64,000 nucleotides of DNA, taken from Candidatus Omnitrophota bacterium (GTDB taxonomy: Bacteria > Omnitrophota > Gorgyraeia > Gygaellales > Profunditerraquicolaceae). The notes under the pieces were generated by a model. It searched no databases and had not been told where the DNA came from. It worked only from the letters and a program-made list of their open reading frames with translations. Below are positions 55,249-63,189 of this stretch, piece by piece (positions within the stretch are counted from its first letter, which is position 1; the number at the start of each line of letters is the position of its first letter). A program made the translations under genes and the position numbers. The DNA is taken from the NCBI GenBank assembly GCA_042577285.1, contig JBHPDM010000003.1, positions 825-64,824 of the forward strand. Reading direction: 5' to 3'.

Positions 55249-57447
55249 ATGGCAGATGCTGATACCTTAGTCCTGGAGGTATTAAAGCTTGGTGACTCGC
55301 TGGCAGTCAGCATCTCTGAACAGAAGGAGCTTTCCCCGACCTTAAAGCACTATACTAAGTTAGCCTCTTCTTTTTCAAAGATCGAAAAGTTCTGCCACGA
55401 GTCAACAGATATATTAAACAGGGTCGATAAGCGGGACAGCCTCCAGGAGGATTCAGTCGCTGCCCTCAAAAAAACAGGGCAGCTTCTCTGGGACCATCTC
55501 CTGCCAAAACCCGCCAAGGATAAGCTTAAAAGTTCGCTCTCCAAAGATCTGATCCTCTCTATTGATGAAGGTTTAGTCGATATCCCCTGGGAGCTTCTCT
55601 ATGACGGGAAGGAATTTCTCTGCCTTAAGTTTAATCTGGGTAGGGTAGTCAGGACTACGGAATCTGCAGCGCCGCCTCAATACCGCAGCCTATCAAGCAC
55701 CCCCAGAATGCTTATATTAGCTAATCCCACTAATGACTTAAGATCAGCCTACCATGAGGGCCTGCAGATCAAGAATAAGTTCGATAAGAGAAGGAAAGAG
55801 GTGGCCATTGATTTTAAATCAACCGACATCGATACGCTTTATGTTAAGAAGAACCTGCGTGATTACGATATCGTGCATTTTGCCGGGCATTGCGAGTACG
55901 ACGACGATAATTATAAAAACAGCGGTTGGGTGATGGCCGATGATAAGTTCAGCGTGCAGGATATACTGACGTTAGGGGAGACTTTGTCATTACCGAGTCT
56001 GGTTTTTTCCAATGCCTGCCAGTCTGCGCACAGGCTGAGCTCCGGCGAAGTAGAAGCTGATTACCAGAAGAAGACCTATAATCTGGCCTCGGCGTTTTTG
56101 TTCTCCGGGGTCAGGCACTATATCGGCACGGTACGCAGGATAGAAGATGCGGTAAGTCTTGCCTTTGCCAAAGAATTCTATACGCGGTTGATCTCCGGAA
56201 GCTCCTTAGGTGAATCTGTGCGCCTGGCTCGTCTTGAATTGATCAAGCAGCACGGCTTGAAGGCGATCTCCTGGACGAGCTATCTTCTCTACGGCGACCC
56301 GAGCTTTACCTTATTCAGAAAAAGAGTAAAGACTCTTAGGCCGAGATTCAAAAGAGCTTTTTTCTCTAAGAGGCGTCTTATTCGGGCTGGGCTGGCAGTG
56401 GCTGCAGTTTTTTTATGCATTTACCTATATGTGTGGCTGCCCACCCTGAATCCCGGGACCTATGCGCTTTATCTTAAGTCGCGTAGATTATTCTCAGCAG
56501 GCAAGAATCAGGAGACAGTAGTCCTTTCTAAACGTATTCTAGAGAAGGATGCTCAGTTTTTGGCGGTGTATCCCTTGCTAGCCGACAGCTATCATAAATT
56601 AGGTAAGAAAGATCTGGCGCTGAAGTACTATTTTGATTACGCCATGCTTAGCGAAAAGAATAAGGAGGGTAGGCACTTGGCCTCTGCATACCTGGGTATA
56701 GGCTGGATCTATCATCTCCAGGGAGAATACCCTAAGGCCTTCGATTATTATGATAAGGCGCTTGATTTAAGCAGGCAGGGCAAAGATATTTTAGGTGAGG
56801 CCACAGCACTTAGAAGGCTGGCAGAATGGTATACGGATGACGAGCATTATGATTTGGCGTTAGAGTTATTGACCAAGAGCTCTGAGATCAACCGTAAGAG
56901 ACAGCATATATATAAGTATAAATATAACCTCGCCTGCGATTACTTTGATATCGGGCTGGTCTTTATTAATAAGGACGATTATCCGGCCGCCAGGGAGTTC
57001 TACGGAAAGAGCCTTTATTTATTCAAGAGATTAGGCCTGGAGAACGAACTAAGCGACTGTTATTTCAATATCGGAGAGACATATCTGTATGAGAAGGAAT
57101 ACCATAAGGCCCTGGCTCATTATGTAGACGGCCTCCAGATCGACCAAAAACACGGTAACAAATTAAACCTGGCCAGCGATTATATTATGATCGGCGAATT
57201 GTATCTGGAGATGGATAATCTCGACGATGCCGAGAAGGTTTTTGAGGAGTCAGTCTCGATTTCTAAAGAAATAGATGCGCGCGTGGAATTGGCCGATGCT
57301 TATTACAACCTCGGTTTATTACATAAAAAGAAGAACCAGAAGAGCACGGCAAGAAATTACCTGCGCCAGGCGCAGGAGATCTATTGGCGCGTCGACAGGT
57401 CGCGCTACCGCGAAATCAAGGAAGAGCTTTTAGGTCCTGGAGGGTAG
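55249..57447 (+). CDS. CHAT-domain (caspase-like) protease, one TM helix, and TPR repeats
   Basis: CHAT His/Cys contexts DIVHFAGHCEY and LVFSNACQSA, a basic stretch followed by the helix AGLAVAAVFLCIYLYVWL, then ~330 aa of TPR-like repeats. Confidence 0.8.
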   Translation: MADADTLVLEVLKLGDSLAVSISEQKELSPTLKHYTKLASSFSKIEKFCHESTDILNRVDKRDSLQEDSVAALKKTGQLLWDHLLPKPAKDKLKSSLSKDLILSIDEGLVDIPWELLYDGKEFLCLKFNLGRVVRTTESAAPPQYRSLSSTPRMLILANPTNDLRSAYHEGLQIKNKFDKRRKEVAIDFKSTDIDTLYVKKNLRDYDIVHFAGHCEYDDDNYKNSGWVMADDKFSVQDILTLGETLSLPSLVFSNACQSAHRLSSGEVEADYQKKTYNLASAFLFSGVRHYIGTVRRIEDAVSLAFAKEFYTRLISGSSLGESVRLARLELIKQHGLKAISWTSYLLYGDPSFTLFRKRVKTLRPRFKRAFFSKRRLIRAGLAVAAVFLCIYLYVWLPTLNPGTYALYLKSRRLFSAGKNQETVVLSKRILEKDAQFLAVYPLLADSYHKLGKKDLALKYYFDYAMLSEKNKEGRHLASAYLGIGWIYHLQGEYPKAFDYYDKALDLSRQGKDILGEATALRRLAEWYTDDEHYDLALELLTKSSEINRKRQHIYKYKYNLACDYFDIGLVFINKDDYPAAREFYGKSLYLFKRLGLENELSDCYFNIGETYLYEKEYHKALAHYVDGLQIDQKHGNKLNLASDYIMIGELYLEMDNLDDAEKVFEESVSISKEIDARVELADAYYNLGLLHKKKNQKSTARNYLRQAQEIYWRVDRSRYREIKEELLGPGG

Positions 57448-57485
57448 GGGGTCCGGTTTCTGCGCTGGCAAAGAAAGGAGGAGAA

Positions 57486-57848
57486 ATGTTAGCTAAGATC
57501 TTAGGGTGGTTTCTCATAATCACGGGGGTATTCTTTCTGTTAAAGCCGGAGGCATTGAGGAGGAGGCTGCAGAAGAAGAGCTACAAGAAATTAAGGAAGT
57601 ATTTGTTCGCTATAACCATAGTCTTGGCTGTTCTCTTGATCACCGTCGCCTGGAAGTTCGAAGGCATTCTTTCTCAGATCGTAATCATCATCGGTATCAT
57701 CGGAATCATCAAGGGGTTCTTCTTCCTGAAGGCAAAGGCCGCCGAGAAACTCCTGGCATGGTACCTTAACCGCCCGGTCAATTTCTTCAGGCTTAGCGCT
57801 TTGTTTCAGATCGCCATAGGCGTACTGGTGCTTGCTTTGCGTAAGTAA
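57486..57848 (+). CDS. Small membrane protein (3 TM), unknown function
   Basis: AAAGGAGGAG SD before ATG 57486, followed by hydrophobic helices. Confidence 0.45.
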   Translation: MLAKILGWFLIITGVFFLLKPEALRRRLQKKSYKKLRKYLFAITIVLAVLLITVAWKFEGILSQIVIIIGIIGIIKGFFFLKAKAAEKLLAWYLNRPVNFFRLSALFQIAIGVLVLALRK

Positions 57849-57866
57849 AGGAGTTTATTCTAATAC

Positions 57867-57895
57867 TTGACCGTAGGGCGCTTTTGTTGTAATGT
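57867..57895 (+). promoter_or_regulatory. Sigma-70-type promoter for the PKD lipoprotein gene
   Basis: TTGACC, a 17-nt spacer, then TAATGT. Confidence 0.4.
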
Positions 57896-57918
57896 ATTGG
57901 AAAAGGAAAAAGGGGAAT

Positions 57919-58791
57919 ATGAAGAGAATCTTTGTTTTACTGTTAGCTGCTATATTTTTATCAGGTTGTGCGACCTATAGGTTCCACCGCGGCCCTAAGC
58001 CGCCGCTTGATAAGGGATATGTGGTCTCACGCGATGACATCGTCATCCCTGAGTATACCATAGGTCATGATCAGGGTGCGCCTGCGGATATCGAATTGGC
58101 CAGGGAGCGTTTTAAGAGGCGCCGAAAGAGAGTAGAATATTATTATAAGAAGATGGATGTCATCGATAACCATTTTAATGGCGCGGTCTGGAAGCCGTTG
58201 ATAATGTTCTCTAAGTTGGTCACAGGAATATTCCGCCTGCCATTTATCATGATTTCAGACTATAGATACCACCGTAATCCCGCATACAAAGAGAAGATCG
58301 AAAGCAGGCTGGATGAGCTGGATGCCAGAGAGGATGCCCGTATGGATAAGCTAAGGGTAGAATTAGGCCGGTATATAGAGAGGGATATGATATCTGAAGA
58401 TCCGTCTCTTGCGCCTGATCCTGTTGCTCCGCCGCCAACGCCAAAGAAAGAGGAAAAAATCATTCCCAAAAAAGCAGCTGTGCCGCGTAAGTTGGTAATC
58501 GCAGGGGAGAAGAAACCCGAGATCTCCGCAGTGATCGTGGCTAAGCCGGCAAAGGGATATTCTCCCCTGCAGGTGCGTTTTTCCGCTTCCAAGTCGCGCA
58601 GTACGCGAGGCAGGATCATTTCATATTCCTGGGATTTCGGAGATGGGGATACCTCAGATAAACGTAATACAGTAAACACATTTTACAGCACCTCATTTGA
58701 CCCGCGTCAATTTACGGTTACCCTTACTGTCACGGATGATAGAGGCAGTACCGCAACAACAAGTATCACCATCGAAGTCCTCAACAAATAA
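57919..58791 (+). CDS. Lipoprotein with a C-terminal PKD domain
   Basis: Signal peptide plus lipobox (FLSGC) and a PKD pattern (PLQVRFSAS...YSWDFGDGDTS...TVTLTVTDDRGSTAT). Confidence 0.75.
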   Translation: MKRIFVLLLAAIFLSGCATYRFHRGPKPPLDKGYVVSRDDIVIPEYTIGHDQGAPADIELARERFKRRRKRVEYYYKKMDVIDNHFNGAVWKPLIMFSKLVTGIFRLPFIMISDYRYHRNPAYKEKIESRLDELDAREDARMDKLRVELGRYIERDMISEDPSLAPDPVAPPPTPKKEEKIIPKKAAVPRKLVIAGEKKPEISAVIVAKPAKGYSPLQVRFSASKSRSTRGRIISYSWDFGDGDTSDKRNTVNTFYSTSFDPRQFTVTLTVTDDRGSTATTSITIEVLNK

Positions 58792-58802
58792 CCAATATCC
58801 AT

Positions 58803-58902
58803 TAAGGGACGCTCTTTTTGCTAATCGGGAAACTGTCCCTTTTATCCACAGGGGATGTGGATAAGGGGACACTTTCCGCTTTAGCAAAAAGAGCGTCCCT
58901 TA
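58803..58902. repeat. Nested-palindrome element, copy 2 (about 100 bp)
   Basis: Outer 22-bp perfect arms TAAGGGACGCTCTTTTTGCTAA / TTAGCAAAAAGAGCGTCCCTTA, with the same middle and inner arms as copy 1. Confidence 0.9.
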
Positions 58903-58911
58903 GAATTGGGA

Positions 58912-58939
58912 TTGACAGGGGGCTTGTGGGTGTTATACT
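58912..58939 (+). promoter_or_regulatory. Promoter (TTGACA, 16-nt spacer, TATACT, with upstream TG) preceding the histidine kinase leader
   Basis: It shares ATTGACAGGGGG with the sigma-factor promoter at 53860. Confidence 0.5.
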
Positions 58940-58997
58940 TTATCCGTAAGTAAAGAAGGCGGGTAAAATGAGTTTCATTTGATGGGTTTTAGTCTTG

Positions 58998-59034
58998 AAA
59001 GCAACTTTCCGGTTCCGGGGGGTTGCTTTTTTCT
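58998..59034 (+). terminator. Terminator/attenuator-like hairpin in the kinase leader
   Basis: AAAGCAAC..(16 nt)..GTTGCTTT followed by TTTTC, 17 nt before ATG 59051. Confidence 0.4.
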
Positions 59035-59050
59035 TCTCTGGGGGCAATAG

Positions 59051-60508
59051 ATGAGACAGCAGGTCAAAAATATTAAAGAGGCCTTACGCGATTCAGACAG
59101 GATGTACCGTACGTTATTCGATATGGCAAACGATGCCATATTCGTTGCTGACGCTAAAACGGGGATACTCATAGATGCGAATAAGAAAGCCGAGATGCTG
59201 CTTGGCCTGTCGCTCAGGAAGATCATAGGCATGCACCAGGCAAAATTACACCCCAGAAGAGAGATCGAACATTATAAAAAACTATTCAGAAAAGATGTTC
59301 GTAAAGGTAAAGGAGTTATAATCGATGTTATTCTACGCGGTAAGGGCGGGATCGAGATCCCCATAGAGATCAGCTCTACTGTGATGCAATTAGGGGACAG
59401 AAAACTCATCTTGGGTATCTTCCGGGATGTTACTGAGCGCAAAAAGATAGAGGAGATTTTAAGGTACAGCGAGGCGCGCCATCGTTCTGTGGTGGAGGAT
59501 CAGGTTGATCTGATCTGCCGTTTTAAACCGGATGGGAGGATCACCTTCGTAAACAAGGCATATTGCAATTATTTCGGTAAGAAACGCGAAGAGTTAATGG
59601 GAAAAAGTTTTATGCCATTGATCGTAGAAGATGACCGCAAGAAAGTAGCAAAACGCATCGCTTCGCTCAGTAAGAAGAGTCCGGTAGCCAGGGTCGAGGA
59701 GCGGGTTATATTGCCCGATGGTGAGGTACGCTGGCAGCAGTGGATCGACCGGGCAATATTTAATAAAAATGACCGAGTCGTCGAATACCAGGCAGTAGGC
59801 CGTGACATCAGCGAGCAGAAGACGATAGAGGAAGTCAGAGATAATCTTATCCGTGGCGTCTCGCATACTCTGAAGTCGCCGCTTGCGGTCATGGAGATGG
59901 CCTATGGAAGCCTAAGGAAGGGGATGAAGTCAGAAGATGCGCAGCGGATAAAGAGGTCTGAGAAGATCATGCTCGATAGCCTTCAGAAGATCCGCCATGA
60001 TATCGATAACATCCTGAATATGCTTGTATTAAGTAAGCATAAACATTTAGCTGGAAAGGCAAAAACTTATTTAAGACAGACCATTAATAAGATCATCCGT
60101 AACTTCACGTATATTATCAATGAAAACGATTTTAAGATCAAGATCGACATCCCAAAAGAGGCTGAAAGAATCGCAGTGCATCCCAGGGAAGCCCAGATCC
60201 TTCTTTCTAATATCATTGACAATGCGATAAAGTTTACCGAGCGCGGGATAATCAAGATAAGATCCCGCCTGAAGCAAGGCCTTATCGAGATAAGAATAAC
60301 CGACACCGGCTGCGGGATAATCCCCAGAAACAGGGAGAGGGTCTTTGACAGCTTCTTTAAGCGCCACGAGGCGCTTTCCGGGACAGGACTTGGCCTGACG
60401 ATCTGCCGGGAGATAACCAACAGATATAAAGGTAGTATCAAAGTCATTTCAGGCGGGAAGGGTAAAGGAACTACGGTAGTAGTGACATTGCCAAAAGGAG
60501 GTAGATGA
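59051..60508 (+). CDS. PAS-domain sensor histidine kinase (cytoplasmic)
   Basis: Two PAS-like segments, H-box VSHTLKSPL, and N and G boxes (DNAIKFT, DTGCGI, GTGLGL). Confidence 0.9.
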   Translation: MRQQVKNIKEALRDSDRMYRTLFDMANDAIFVADAKTGILIDANKKAEMLLGLSLRKIIGMHQAKLHPRREIEHYKKLFRKDVRKGKGVIIDVILRGKGGIEIPIEISSTVMQLGDRKLILGIFRDVTERKKIEEILRYSEARHRSVVEDQVDLICRFKPDGRITFVNKAYCNYFGKKREELMGKSFMPLIVEDDRKKVAKRIASLSKKSPVARVEERVILPDGEVRWQQWIDRAIFNKNDRVVEYQAVGRDISEQKTIEEVRDNLIRGVSHTLKSPLAVMEMAYGSLRKGMKSEDAQRIKRSEKIMLDSLQKIRHDIDNILNMLVLSKHKHLAGKAKTYLRQTINKIIRNFTYIINENDFKIKIDIPKEAERIAVHPREAQILLSNIIDNAIKFTERGIIKIRSRLKQGLIEIRITDTGCGIIPRNRERVFDSFFKRHEALSGTGLGLTICREITNRYKGSIKVISGGKGKGTTVVVTLPKGGR

Positions 60509-60891
60509 TGGTTTCCCTAGCAGGCAAGGCGAAGAAAATCCTTATTGTCGAGGACGACCGGGGGATGCAACAGATATACAGGGATATGTTCAAGGAGCGC
60601 TCCAGGAATTATACCATTGAGATCAAGGATGATGCCGAGTCAGCTATAAAGAGGCTCGAACAGGAAGCCTTTGACCTGATCATCTTGGATATCATCATGG
60701 AGCCGATGGGCGGAGATTCCTTCTTTGTCTACCTCAGGCGCGGAAAGATGCTTGATGTCCCGATCCTTGTGGTCAGCGTGCTATCTCCCAGCTCGCTGAA
60801 GAATCTAAAGAAAATCGACCACGTCAGCTTCCTGCAGAAACCGATCAAGGAGGATCAGCTTTTTAAAAGAATCAAAGAGATCTTAAAGTAG
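60505..60891 (+). CDS. Single-domain response regulator (receiver only)
   Basis: ILIVEDD, the phospho-Asp context LIILDIIMP-like LIILDIIMEP, and a conserved K (LQKP). Confidence 0.88.
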   Translation: MMVSLAGKAKKILIVEDDRGMQQIYRDMFKERSRNYTIEIKDDAESAIKRLEQEAFDLIILDIIMEPMGGDSFFVYLRRGKMLDVPILVVSVLSPSSLKNLKKIDHVSFLQKPIKEDQLFKRIKEILK

Positions 60892-60912
60892 GCGCGCACC
60901 CGTACGTCTTGC

Positions 60913-61470
60913 ATGAAAATTTCATTTCTGAGATCATTCCGGTGGACGATAATAATATTATATTTATTGTTCATTTATTCGACCCTTGCAGTAGTCCCTG
61001 CGATATGGAACCGGTTTAATGATCTATTAGGCGGCAGGGGAGTTATCCTTCAATACATAATCTATGCAGCGACCTGGACCGGGTTTCTCTTATACATATT
61101 TCTAGTCAGGAAGGAAAGGTCGATCGCAAGGATAACCTTGCTCCTGCTCTTTACGGGTATATATTTCCTGATCATTAAATTTGCAAAATACCCCGCAGAG
61201 AAGACCCATATCGCTGAATATGGATTGTTGGGGATATTGCTTTACAATGCATTGAGAATCGATTTTTCAAAATTCGATAAAAGACTTTATCTTTATGCCG
61301 CGATCGCCTGTTTAATTGCCGGTACCATCGATGAGCTTATCCAATGGGTGCTTCCTAACAGGTATTTTGCCTGGACGGATATCTTCATAAATTTTTTAAG
61401 CGGAGTGATGATTCTTTTAATAATCAGGTTTAATGTCTTAAAGAGTGAAGGGACGGCCCTGAAGGCATGA
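60913..61470 (+). CDS. VanZ-like family membrane protein
   Basis: Four or five TM segments with the DE..Q......R......D motif (IDELIQWVLPNRYFAWTDI). Confidence 0.6.
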   Translation: MKISFLRSFRWTIIILYLLFIYSTLAVVPAIWNRFNDLLGGRGVILQYIIYAATWTGFLLYIFLVRKERSIARITLLLLFTGIYFLIIKFAKYPAEKTHIAEYGLLGILLYNALRIDFSKFDKRLYLYAAIACLIAGTIDELIQWVLPNRYFAWTDIFINFLSGVMILLIIRFNVLKSEGTALKA

Positions 61471-61790
61471 TTATTTTAAAAAATGGCTACTTACAGGACG
61501 GGTTGAAGATGATCATTTTCTTTATTCCGTTACTGTATCTCGTTCTAAAGGGGCGAAGCTTAAAATTCAAGTATTTCTGGCTGTTATTTTTCGGCCTGCT
61601 TTTATTATTTTTCGGAAATCTTTTGGATTTTCTGGATGAGTTCCCCCAGATTAACGATGTCTTCATCGTCGGAAATGACCACCCCCTGCAGGATGTATTT
61701 GAGGATCTGGTAGGATTTGCTTTGGGTTTCGCTCTCTTTACTATCGGCGTCTATTTTGAGCTGCGAAGATCTTTTATTCGCACCGATTAG
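61467..61790 (+). CDS. Small membrane protein, unknown function
   Basis: Three hydrophobic helices. No recognisable family. Confidence 0.35.
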   Translation: MIILKNGYLQDGLKMIIFFIPLLYLVLKGRSLKFKYFWLLFFGLLLLFFGNLLDFLDEFPQINDVFIVGNDHPLQDVFEDLVGFALGFALFTIGVYFELRRSFIRTD

Positions 61791-61889
61791 TCAGCAAAAT
61801 ACTTTATAAAATCACTTTACAAAGTGTTAGGTTTATGATAATATTAATTACCTGTGCTGGTAATGTTTTTTTGAAAAAGGGGGAATAAA

Positions 61890-62393
61890 ATGAGGTGTTT
61901 AAGAAGATCAGTCGATAAGCCTTTAGGAGAAATTATGATCGAGCTAGGCATTATCAGCGATGATCAACGTAACCAGGCCTTAGCGGTCCAGAAGAAAAAG
62001 AAGAAGAATATCCTCAGCGGCACTGCGCTAATCGAATTAGGTTTTGCCAGCGAAGAGGATGTCCTCCACGCCGTTAACACCCAATATTCCATACCGTATC
62101 TGCCGATCGATAATTACCATATTGACGCTCGGGTTACGGATCTTCTCCCTTTGGAACTGGCGCGCAAATACATGGTATGTGCTATTGAGAAGATGGGTAA
62201 TGTCCTTTCAGTCGCTATGGCGAACCCGCTTGACGATAACGCCGTAAAAGAGATAGAAGAGGCCTGTCGGCATAGCGTACAGACCTTTATCGCCACTACC
62301 TCTGAGATCACAAGGGCGATCAACAAGCAGTATAACGGCGAGAAGGAAGAAGGGGAGCGTTTGTTTAGTAAGTTTCCCAACGATATATCTTAA
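61890..62393 (+). CDS. Stand-alone T2SSE_N / MshEN-domain protein (candidate c-di-GMP receptor)
   Basis: Two tandem 24-residue segments resembling the MshEN motif (LGEIMIELGIISDDQRNQALAVQ and SGTALIELGFASEEDVLHAVNTQ), then the GSPII_E N-terminal fold pattern. There is no ATPase domain. Confidence 0.7.
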   Translation: MRCLRRSVDKPLGEIMIELGIISDDQRNQALAVQKKKKKNILSGTALIELGFASEEDVLHAVNTQYSIPYLPIDNYHIDARVTDLLPLELARKYMVCAIEKMGNVLSVAMANPLDDNAVKEIEEACRHSVQTFIATTSEITRAINKQYNGEKEEGERLFSKFPNDIS

Positions 62394-62396
62394 ACT

Positions 62397-62756
62397 ATGA
62401 AAAATACGAATATTTTGCAAAGAAGAGGACACGAGAGAATAAAGACAGATGCCTATATTGCCGTGATCATGAGCGAAGGTATCAAGAGCAGCGTGGATTT
62501 GGAGAATATATCCACCAGGGGTTTTTGCGGGCTGACCTTATACCCCTTGATGGTCAACGAGGAAGTAGAGATCATTCTCCATTACCCGTTCTTTTTCGAG
62601 CCCCTCAGGAAAAAAGCGCGGGTCGTCTGGCGCCAGCAGAATGATGCTGATTTATGGCAGGTTGGCTTAGATTTTGGTGCGGATAATAAGATAGATTTAA
62701 GCAGCTATATCAAACTCAATCCCCTCAGGAATTTCCACCACGCATTCCCATCCTAA
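62397..62756 (+). CDS. PilZ domain protein
   Basis: RRxxxR (QRRGHER) and (D/N)xSxxG (NISTRG) c-di-GMP binding motifs. Confidence 0.8.
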   Translation: MKNTNILQRRGHERIKTDAYIAVIMSEGIKSSVDLENISTRGFCGLTLYPLMVNEEVEIILHYPFFFEPLRKKARVVWRQQNDADLWQVGLDFGADNKIDLSSYIKLNPLRNFHHAFPS

Positions 62757-63091
62757 AGCTGAGTATCTGATTTTACAAAAATATAATAGAGCGCCACTAT
62801 AAAGATCAGGCAGACAAATAGCGCTCTGGTCAGGAAGGGGTCTAATACTCCACCGGAGTTTGCTACTGCTTTAGCCACCATGCGCTCTACTTCGGTGCTA
62901 GCTAATAAAATGACTCCTACCACTAAAGAGAAGGAGAATGACCTCCTGGCCCGCCAGAATTTCCAGGTGATCAGGAAAATTGCTAATAGGCTGACCCAGA
63001 AGAGCGGATTGAATATCGAGAACTGAAAGTTCTCTAGTTGTTTAAGGTAGGGATTACTCCAAGTCTGGATCTGCTGCAAATTAAACTCCAT
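62753..63091 (-). CDS. Small membrane protein, unknown function
   Basis: Three hydrophobic helices. AGGAGG SD upstream on the minus strand. Confidence 0.4.
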   Translation of the reverse strand: MEFNLQQIQTWSNPYLKQLENFQFSIFNPLFWVSLLAIFLITWKFWRARRSFSFSLVVGVILLASTEVERMVAKAVANSGGVLDPFLTRALFVCLIFIVALYYIFVKSDTQL

Positions 63092-63189
63092 ATCAAACCT
63101 CCTTTTTATCTTCTCTAACCCTCACTTCTGCATTATAACATAAATAGCCAAAAATTCCTGTTAGATTCTTCTCTCCTCTTGCGTCTATT

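Noticed and set aside
57449-57478. GGGGTCCGGTTTCTGCGCTGGCAAAGAAAGGAG weakly resembles the right half of the nested palindrome (GGGACACTTTCC..TTGGCAAAAAGAGCG).
   Set aside because: The identity is scattered and there is no matching left arm. It is most simply the SD region of the next gene, and I cannot distinguish the similarity from chance by eye.
61857-61886. Short hairpin ATTACC-TGTGCT-GGTAAT followed by GTTTTTTT in the leader of the MshEN/PilZ operon, considered as a possible attenuator or c-di-GMP riboswitch.
   Set aside because: The stem is 6 bp and AT-rich, too weak and too short for a riboswitch aptamer, and it has no resemblance to the c-di-GMP-I or -II consensus that I can see.
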